Assembly (NCBI GenBank): GCA_036689225.1
Contig: CP144768.1
Location: forward strand, 157,311 to 189,310
Direction of reading: 5' to 3'
DNA length: 32,000 nucleotides
Source: Candidatus Saccharimonadota bacterium
GTDB lineage: Bacteria; Pseudomonadota; Gammaproteobacteria; Enterobacterales; Enterobacteriaceae
This document shows, piece after piece, positions 23,916-32,000 of the stretch (the first letter of the stretch is position 1; the number at the start of each line of letters is the position of its first letter). Both the position numbers and the translations under genes were made by a program. The notes beneath the pieces were generated by a model. That model did not search any database. It saw only the letters and a list, made by a program, of their open reading frames with translations, and was not told where the DNA came from.

Positions 23916-26900
23916 TTAATTATTTATTATTATTAAATTATTAAAAACAGGTAATAATCATTTTTCTATTTGTTTTATTATATAATCAATATTTAAAAAA
24001 TTATAATATCTTTTAATTATATAAGATATATATATATCATTAATTTCACCATTTAAATAAAAATTACCATATAAATTATCAAATAATTTTTTTTTAGCTT
24101 TAATTATATAATAATTATTTAATAAATTTTTATTTTTTATATTATAAGCAGAAAATATTCATATATTTGATGATTTAGGAAAAAAAAGCAAAGGATAATT
24201 AAAACTATTTAAATAAGCATTTATATATTTATATATATAATATATACATTTATTTTTATCTATTGGAGAAAAAGATCATATTCCATTATAACCATATAAA
24301 TAACTATATTCACTACCATTCATATAACAATATAATAAATGATCTATCCAAAATATTAAAGCATCTATTAAATTTAAATTTTTAGGTAATCATTTAAATA
24401 AACCAAAATTTTTATATTTATATATATAACCATTAATAATAAAATTATTAAATTTACAATTAAATTTAATTTTTTTAATTTTAAAATAAAATTTTTTAAT
24501 ATTTTCAATTAAAAAAAATATTTTTTTCTTTTCTATATTTCATAAAATTTTACCAAAAAAATTTAATGGTAAAAAATTTAATCTTTGTAAATAAAAATAA
24601 AATTTTTTATTATATCCATAATTTAATATAAAATCTATAATTTTTAATCTAATTAAATAAATTTTTTTAATATCTAAATTAAAAAATTCATTTTTATTAA
24701 TATAAATATCATAAATAAAATATTTTATATTATAAAAAAAATATAAAAAATATTTTATTGGATTTAATCAAAAATTATGTAATTCTATTAAATCTATATT
24801 ATTTTTTTTTTTATAAATATTTAAATATTTATTTTTATTTAAATAATTTAAAATAATTATTTTATTTTCTTTTTTTAAAAATATATATTTTTTTTTATAA
24901 AAATTTTTATTTTTATTATAATTATAAAAATTAATATTATTAAAAAAAAATTTTATATAATTTTTTAAAAAAATTAATAAAATAGAAGGAAAACAAAAAT
25001 TATTTTTTAAAAAACAAAAATTTACATAACTTATATATATTTTTTTAGAAAAAAATAATTTTTGCAAAAAAATATATTTATTATTATTTATTTTATCACG
25101 ATCACCTAATCTTGAATTAGAATGAATTAAATTAAAATCACAATAAATTTTATCTTTAGGATATAAATTTTCATTCATACCAATTAAACATACTACTTTA
25201 AAAAATAAAGATTCAGAATAAATAAAAGAACAAAAATTAATATGACTTATAGAATATATTTTTTTTTTATTTTTATATTTAAAAATATTAATTAACATAT
25301 TCTTAAAAATATTTATATTTATAAATTTATTAAAAAAACATATTTTATGTTTACCTAAAATATTTAAAAAATTTTTTTTATTTAAAAAAATATTTTTTTT
25401 TATATATTTTTTATAAAAAAATGTATTAATAAATTTTATACAAATAATAATTCAATCACTAAATAAATATTTTTTTATTAATATATTTTTTCAATATAAA
25501 ATATTATATATAAAACAACATATTTTTTCAATTAAATTATAATAAAAATTATTAGATTGAAAAGTGTAAGGTATTATATTATTTCATATACAATATTCAT
25601 TATCTATACAATAACCTAATAAAATTCTTTTTAAACCATTTATTCAAGTTAAATAATTAAAATTTTTATATGAATGTAAATATTCTTTTAAATTAATATT
25701 TATTCCTATATTTTTAATAATATATAAAATTATTTTTAATTCTTCATAATTAATATTAAATTTTTTAAAAATTATTTTTTTTTTTAAAAAACATAATAAT
25801 TCAATAAAATTAAATTCTAAATTATATATATTTAATAAATCTAAAAATATATTTAATACTTCAATATGATAAATATTATTATTATCTAAAATTTTAAATG
25901 GTAAATATTTTTTACAATAATAATCAGAAAATACTGAATTAATATATACATAATATAAATTAATATCAGTAACATTAACTATTATATCACTTATATTACA
26001 ATAATTATTTATAATTAAATTTAATAAAAAATTTTTTAATTTATTAATTTCTTCTAAATAACCACAACATTTATTAATAATTATAGAATTATCATAAATA
26101 TTATTTATAGATTTTTTAAAATTTATATCTTTAAAATTTAATATATTATTTTTAATAATATTTAATTTATTACTATTTTTAAATTTTTTAAAATAACTTA
26201 TTTCTTTAAAATTAAATTGTAATAATAATAATAAATATTCAGAAAAACTTTTACCATAATTTAATAATATAGAATTATAATTATTTTTATTTTTATAAAA
26301 TTTATTTAAAAAAATATCATTTTTAATTTTTTTAAAATAAATATTATCTTTATAATTAAAATAAAATATATCATATCAAAATTTATAAGAAGGATTAAAT
26401 AAAAAATAATAAATATTTTTATAATTAGATATTGAATATAAAATATTTAAATAAATTAAAGGTATAAAAGATATATTATATATATAAATACTAGTAATAA
26501 TATTTTTAGGTAAATTAAATTTTTTTTTATTTAATAAATTTATAATTTTATAATAAATATTAAATTTATTTCATTTATAAGAAAAATTATTTATAAAAAA
26601 TTTTTTTATTTTTCTTCATAATATAGATTGTCATTTTTGATGAATAAAATTATTTATATTTCTAATATATCTATAATTTTCTCATTCATATAATCAATCT
26701 ATTCTATACATTAAATATTCATCATATATATTAGAAAGTTTAATAGATAAATTAAATAATTTTTTATAATTATAATCATCTTTTAAATATTTTTTTATAA
26801 ACAAAAATTCATCTAAATTAATTAATTTAGGTAATATTTTAAATATTATTCAAACAAAATTATCTTTATGAAAAAAATAATTTTCTGAAATATCCGGAAT

Positions 26901-27131
26901 AATTTTTTTACAAAATTTTAATATAAATTCACCAATTAATAAAAATTTAAAATTTGCACATATACCTAATTTTTTAGAAAAAAAAATTTTTAAATTTAAA
27001 GCTACATTTTTATTAGGAACTAATATAAATATTTTAGAAAAAAAAATATTATTTATTTTTTCTTTTTTTATAACAGATAATATATATTTTTTTAAAATAT
27101 ATAAACAATTAGATTGATATAATATAAACAT
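23916..27131 (-). CDS. recC: exodeoxyribonuclease V gamma subunit RecC
   Basis: Track ORFs 24768-25298 and 26850-27131 share one frame. I walked the whole 23916-26850 span codon by codon and found no TAA or TAG (1071 aa). The N-terminus MFILYQSNCLYILKKYILSVI...IFILVPNKNVALNLKIFFSKKLGICANFKF aligns with E. coli RecC MLRVYHSNRLDVLEALMEFIV...MILVQSTGMAQWLQMTLSQKFGIAANIDF. It lies directly upstream of recB. Confidence 0.88.
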
Positions 27132-27661
27132 ATATTTAAAAAATTAATAATTATATTTTTTATATAAAAAATTTTATCTATAATAATAGATAAAATTAAT
27201 AAAATAATACAAAAATAATACTCATTTTTTTTATTAAAAAAAAAATAAAAAAAAGGAACTCTAAATTTAAATTTATATGGTCATAAAAAATATATTCCTT
27301 TATAAGTAAACATATCACATAAAATATGACTAAAATATCCTAATAACATAGCTAAAATAATATCAAAATTAAAATTTAAAAAAAAAATTTTTATATATAA
27401 TAAAAATAAAAAAAATATAAATATACCAAATAAACTATGAGTAATAGTTCTATGTCCAAAATAATTAAATAATAAAAAAGATATTAATTTAAATTTATTA
27501 CCTAAAAAAGAATTAGGATGATCTATATCAGGTAAAATACAAGATATAAATGAAATAGTAATAATACGTAATAAATCTAAATTAATATTAAATATATTTA
27601 AAATTTTTAAAAAAAAAATTATAAATGATAAACAAAAAATTAAATGATTTTTTATATACAC
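27092..27661 (-). CDS. ydjM: YdjM family (DUF457) inner-membrane metal-dependent hydrolase
   Basis: The start is GTG (complement of 27659-27661). Track ORF 27281-27661 reads through TGA (complement of 27281-27283) to the stop at the complement of 27092-27094 (189 aa; E. coli YdjM is 196 aa). LPDIDHPNSFLG...FGHRTITHSL...LLGYFSHILCDMFTYKGIYFLWPYKFKFRVP aligns with E. coli LPDIDHPKSFLG...FGHRGFTHSL...VLGYLSHILADMLTPAGVPLLWPCRWRFRLP. Confidence 0.8.
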
Positions 27662-27809
27662 ATAAACCTTACTAAATTTTTAAAAATTAATATATAATTA
27701 TTATATATTAATATAATAAAAATTATTAATTTAATTTATAAATATAAATAAATTAATATTTTATAAATTTAAATATAAAAAATAAATATTTTAAATATAA
27801 AATATAAAT

Positions 27810-29009
27810 ATGTTAAAAAATAGAGATCATAGATCATTAAATAAAAAATTAAATTTATATCATATAAGCAATATATCACCAGGAATGATTTTTTGGCATC
27901 CAAATGGATTTCAACTTATACAAAATATAAAAAAATTAATAAGAAAAAAATTAAAAAAATATAAATATAAAGAAGTTAATACTGTTTTTTTAATTGATAA
28001 AAATATGTGAATAAAAAGTGGACATTGAAAAAATTATAAAAAATATATTTTTCATACAAAATATAAAAATAAAATATTATGTATAAAACCTATGAATTGT
28101 TTAGGTCATATAGAAATATATAAACAAAAAATAAAATCATACAAAGATTTACCATTAAGAATAGCAGAATTTGGAATATGTCATAGAAATGAAAATTCAG
28201 GATCTTTACATGGATTAATAAGAACAAAATCTTTTACTCAAGATGATGCTCATATATTTTGTACAAAAAATAAAATTAATAAAGAAATATTAAAATGTAT
28301 AAAAATGACAAATGAAATATATAAAATATTTAATTTTAAAAAAATAAAAATATATATTTCAACAAAACCAAAAAAATATATAGGTGATAAAAATATATGA
28401 AATTTAGCAGAAAATAAAATTATTAAAATTTTAAAAAAAAAAAATATAAAATTTAAAATAAAAAATAAAGAAGGAGCTTTTTATGGACCTAAAATAGAAT
28501 TTATTTTAAAAGATTATTTAAATAGAAAATGACAATGTGGAACAATACAATTAGACTATTTTTTACCCAAAAAATTAAATATTACATATTTTAATAAAAA
28601 TAACAAAAAAAAAAATCCTATAATAATACATAGAACAATTTTAGGATCACTAGAAAGATTTATAGGAATAATAATAGAAGAATATAATGGTATATTTCCT
28701 ATATGGTTAGCACCTATTAAAACAGTAGTAATTAATATTTCAATAAATAATTTAAAATATTCAAAATATATACTTAAAAAATTAATAAAAAATAAAATTA
28801 ATTCAATAGGAGATTTTAGAAATAAAAAAATAAATTTTAAAATAAGAGAATATACTTTACAAAAAATACCTTACATGATAATATGCGGCGATAAAGAAGA
28901 AATTCTTAAAAAAATTAGTGTAAGATCTTATATAAATAATAATATATATAAAATATCATTAAAAAAATTTATTAAAAAAATTAATAATAAAATAAAAAAA
29001 TTTAAATAA
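27810..29009 (+). CDS. thrS: threonyl-tRNA synthetase, catalytic plus anticodon-binding domains only (399 aa)
   Basis: Track ORFs 27810-28010 and 28092-28400 share a frame and are joined through TGAs to TAA 29007-29009. The ORF starts at MLKNRDHRSLNKKLNLYH..SPGMIFWHPNG, which corresponds to E. coli ThrRS from about residue 240 (RDHRKIGKQLDLYH..APGMVFWHNDG). Further matches are CIKPMNCLGH, FTQDDAHIFC, GAFYGPKIEF, WQCGTIQLD and HRTILGSLERFIG. Confidence 0.93.
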
Positions 29010-29019
29010 GGAAAAAACT

Positions 29020-29550
29020 ATTAAAAATTATAAAAAAAATATATATAAAAAAAAACATAGAATTAATAATGAAATTAAAAATTACAAAATAAAATTAATT
29101 AATAATAATGAAAAAAATATTATTTTAACAAAAAAAGCATTAGAAATAGCAAAAAATTCAAATTTAGATTTAGTAGAAATCAATCCAAATTTTAATCCAC
29201 CAATATGTAAAATATTTAATTATGGAAAATATATATATAATAAAAACAAAAAAAATAAAAAAAATAAAAATAGAAAAATATTAAAAATAAAAGAAATAAA
29301 ATTTAAATTCAATACAGATAAAAACGATTATAAAATAAAAATAAACAATATAATTAAATTTATAAAAAAAAAATATAAAATAAAAATAACAATTATATTA
29401 AAAGGAAGAGAAATAATACATAAAAACATTTCAATTAATATGTTAAATAAAATAAAAAATAAATTAGAAAAAAATAAAAATATAACTTCTATAAAAAAAA
29501 TAATAAAAAACAGACAAATTTCAATGATTATAATACCAAAAAAAAAATAA
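29020..29550 (+). CDS. infC: translation initiation factor IF-3 (ATT start)
   Basis: There is no in-frame ATG upstream of the conserved region. The frame opens after TAA 28993-28995, and ATT at 29020 is preceded by AAGGA at 29008-29012. HRINNEIKNYKIKLI...ALEIAKNSNLDLVEINPNFNPPICKIFNYGKY...KEIKF....DKNDY..K......F......K......GRE aligns with E. coli IF3. The ORF ends at TAA 29548-29550 (176 aa). Confidence 0.88.
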   Translation: MKNYKKNIYKKKHRINNEIKNYKIKLINNNEKNIILTKKALEIAKNSNLDLVEINPNFNPPICKIFNYGKYIYNKNKKNKKNKNRKILKIKEIKFKFNTDKNDYKIKINNIIKFIKKKYKIKITIILKGREIIHKNISINMLNKIKNKLEKNKNITSIKKIIKNRQISMIIIPKKK

Positions 29551-29551
29551 T

Positions 29552-29749
29552 ATGATAAAAATAAAAAAAATAAATGCAATTAAAAAAAGAATAAAAAAAA
29601 CATCTAAAGGAAAATTAAAATTTAAATGTTCAAATTTACGTCATATTCTAACTAAAAAAAATAGAAAAAAAAAAAGAAAATTAAAAATAAAAAAAATAGT
29701 AAATAAAACAAATTATAAAAAAATAAAAAAAACTAATTCATATTTATAA
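29552..29749 (+). CDS. rpmI: 50S ribosomal protein L35
   Basis: This is a 65-aa ORF. [44 protein letters not shown] aligns with E. coli [44 protein letters not shown]. Confidence 0.92.
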   Translation: [65 protein letters not shown]

Positions 29750-29774
29750 TAATAAATTTAATAGGTAAAATTTT

Positions 29775-30122
29775 ATGATAAGAATAAAAAGAGGAGTAAT
29801 ATCTCATAAAAAACACAAAAAAATATTAAAAAAAGCAAAAGGATATTATTCTTGTAGATCTAAAACTTTTAAATCAGCAAAACAAGCAGTAATAAAAGCA
29901 GGACAATATTCATATAGAGATAGAAAACAAAAAAAAAGATACTTTCGTAAAATATGAATATTACAAATAAATATAGAAGTAAGAAAATATGGATTAACAT
30001 ATAATAAATTTATAAATAAAATTAAAAAAATTATTAATTTAGATAGAAAAATATTATTTCAAATAATAAATTATGAAAATAAAAGTTTTAAAAAAATAAT
30101 ATCTTTAATTAAAAAAAAATAA
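29775..30122 (+). CDS. rplT: 50S ribosomal protein L20
   Basis: Track ORF 29775-29957 reads through TGA 29955-29957 to TAA 30120-30122. [57 protein letters not shown] aligns with E. coli L20 [62 protein letters not shown]. The TGA sits at the conserved W. Confidence 0.93.
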
Positions 30123-30138
30123 ATTAATTTATTTTAAA

Positions 30139-31113
30139 ATGTCAAAATTTAAAAAATATATAAAAAAATTTAATAAAGATACAAAAAATATAAATAATAT
30201 AAAATTTTTAAAAAAAATAGAAAAAAAATATTTAAATAAAAAAGGATATATAAATAATTTAATTAAAAATATTAAAAATTTACCTAAAAATGATATACCT
30301 AAAAAAGGTAAAAAAATTAATAAAATAAAAATATATATAAAAAATAAAATAAATTTAATTAAAAAAAATATTTTAGAAAAAAAAAATAAAAATAAAAAAC
30401 AATATATAGATATTTCTCTACCTGGAAGAAATCCTACTATAGGAAATAAACATATTATTACAATAACATTAAATAAAATAGAAAATTTTTTTCAAAAAAT
30501 TGGTTTTTTAAATATAAAAGGAAATGAAATAGAAAATAAATATTATAATTTCGATTTATTAAATATAAATAAATATCATCCTTCAAGATCAAAAAAAGAT
30601 ACATTTTGAATTAGTAAAAAAAAAATATTACGTACACATACTTCATGTTTACAAACAAAATATATAAAAAAAAATAAACCTCCAATAAAAATAATTACAT
30701 CAGGATGTGTTTTTAGAAAAGATTATGATAAAACTCATACACCTATGTTTCATCAATTAGATTTATTTCTAATAGATAAAAATATAAATTTTACAAATTT
30801 AAAATATATAATAACAAAATTTTTATTATTTTTTTTTGAAAAAAAAATTAAATTTAAATTTTTACCATCATATTTCCCTTTTACTGAACCTTCAGCAGAA
30901 ATATTTATAAAAAATAAAAATAATAAATGATTAGAAATATTAGGATGTGGTTTAATACATCCAAAAATATTAAATAATTTAAATATTAATTCAAAAATAT
31001 ATTCAGGAATAGCATTAGGTTTAGGAATAGAAAGATTAATAATGATAAAATATAATATTAAAGATATAAGATTATTATATGAAAATAATATTAAATTATT
31101 AAAACAATTTTAA
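30139..31113 (+). CDS. pheS: phenylalanyl-tRNA synthetase alpha subunit
   Basis: Track ORFs 30139-30609 and 30745-30930 share a frame and are joined through TGAs to TAA 31111-31113 (324 aa). Matching motifs are HPSRS..DTFW, LRTHTS..Q, GCVFRKD.D.THTPMFHQLD, FPFTEPSAE and GCGLIHP...GIALGLGIERL. Confidence 0.93.
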
Positions 31114-31128
31114 TTTTGGTATATAAAA

Positions 31129-32000
31129 ATGAAATTTTCTCCAACATGAATTAAAAAATATGTAAAAAATAATTTAAATATTAAAAATATAATTAATTTA
31201 TTAAATAATAATGGATTTGAAACAAATTATATTAATAAAATAAAAAATAATAAATATATAATTAAAAAAATAATATTATGTAAAATAAAAAAATCAAAAT
31301 TAAATTATATAAAAATAAAATATAAAAAAAAAATATATAAAATATTTATAAAAAAATTAAAACAAAATATAAAAAATAAATATATTTTAATAAATAAAAA
31401 AGATATAAAAAATAATAATTTTTTATTTTTAAAAAAAGAATATAATAAAAATTATATTTTTATACTTTATAAAAAAAAAAGTATTTTATTAAAAAATATT
31501 AAATATTTTAATAAAATAAATTTATTAGAAATAAATATACCATATAATAAAATAAATTATAATAATATATATTCTATATGTAAAAAAATATCATTATTAA
31601 TAAAAAAAAATATTTTAATAAAAAAAAATAAATTAAAAAAAAAAAATAAATATAATATAATTATAAAAAATAAAAATATAAATAAAAATATAATAAATTA
31701 TAAATATATTATTATAAATAATATTAAAAATATAAACAAAAAAATAAATATAAATTATAAAAAAAAACTAAATTTATTAAATATAAAAATTAATAATAAT
31801 ATAAAAGATATAATAAATTATATATTATTAGAGTCAGGACAAAAAATCATATATTTAGATTTAAACAAACTAATTAAATATAATAATTTAATTAAAAATT
31901 ATATATATATAAAAGAAAATTTTTTAATAACAAAAAATATAAAAAAATATTATATAAATAAAAAAACTAAAAATATAATACTAATAGCACCATTATTTAA
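31129..32000 (+). CDS. pheT: phenylalanyl-tRNA synthetase beta subunit, N-terminal part (continues off the right edge)
   Basis: From ATG 31129, MKFSPTWIKKYV aligns with E. coli PheT MKFSELWLREWV, with the W encoded by TGA at 31147-31149. The frame was checked codon by codon and stays open to 32000. LLESGQKIIYLDL at 31825 aligns with MLELGQPLHAFDL. The position after pheS is canonical. Confidence 0.85.

Noticed and set aside
18539-27131. Three very large fragmented minus-strand ORF clusters that could be taken for pseudogenes or for a novel helicase-nuclease defence system.
   Set aside because: With TGA read as Trp the fragments fuse into single frames with no TAA or TAG. They align motif by motif with canonical RecD, RecB and RecC in the canonical order, so they are neither pseudogenes nor a new system.

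Overview
The window is about 95% coding and extremely AT-rich (roughly 10-15% G+C by eye, not computed). It reads as housekeeping DNA from a highly reduced proteobacterial endosymbiont that decodes UGA as Trp (translation table 4). Most apparent ORF breaks in the supplied track are in-frame TGA codons at positions where homologs carry conserved Trp. Reading TGA as Trp merges the fragments into 30 intact genes with E. coli-like local order. These are dnaN (partial), then divergently rpmH-rnpA-yidC-mnmE-rluD, then ruvX, ldhA, sufBCDSE and murJ. On the minus strand come acpP, rpmF and rluC. They are followed by rne-leuS-holA, then recD, recB, recC and ydjM on the minus strand, and finally thrS-infC-rpmI-rplT-pheS-pheT (partial). 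I found no rRNA, tRNA, CRISPR array, mobile element or credible novel multi-gene system. The notable signals all concern genome reduction. dnaA is absent from the rpmH/dnaN junction. A full-length recBCD with intact motifs takes up about 27% of the window. ThrRS lacks its N-terminal TGS and editing domains, and LeuRS has eroded editing motifs. The fab cluster has collapsed, leaving acpP next to rpmF. YidC and RNase E are minimal, infC keeps a non-ATG (ATT) start, several genes overlap, and long poly(A) tracts sit inside CDSs. The combination of traits resembles Candidatus Zinderia-type insect symbionts, but that is a guess from memory, not a search result. All translations and coordinates were worked out by hand, so start codons in particular are provisional.
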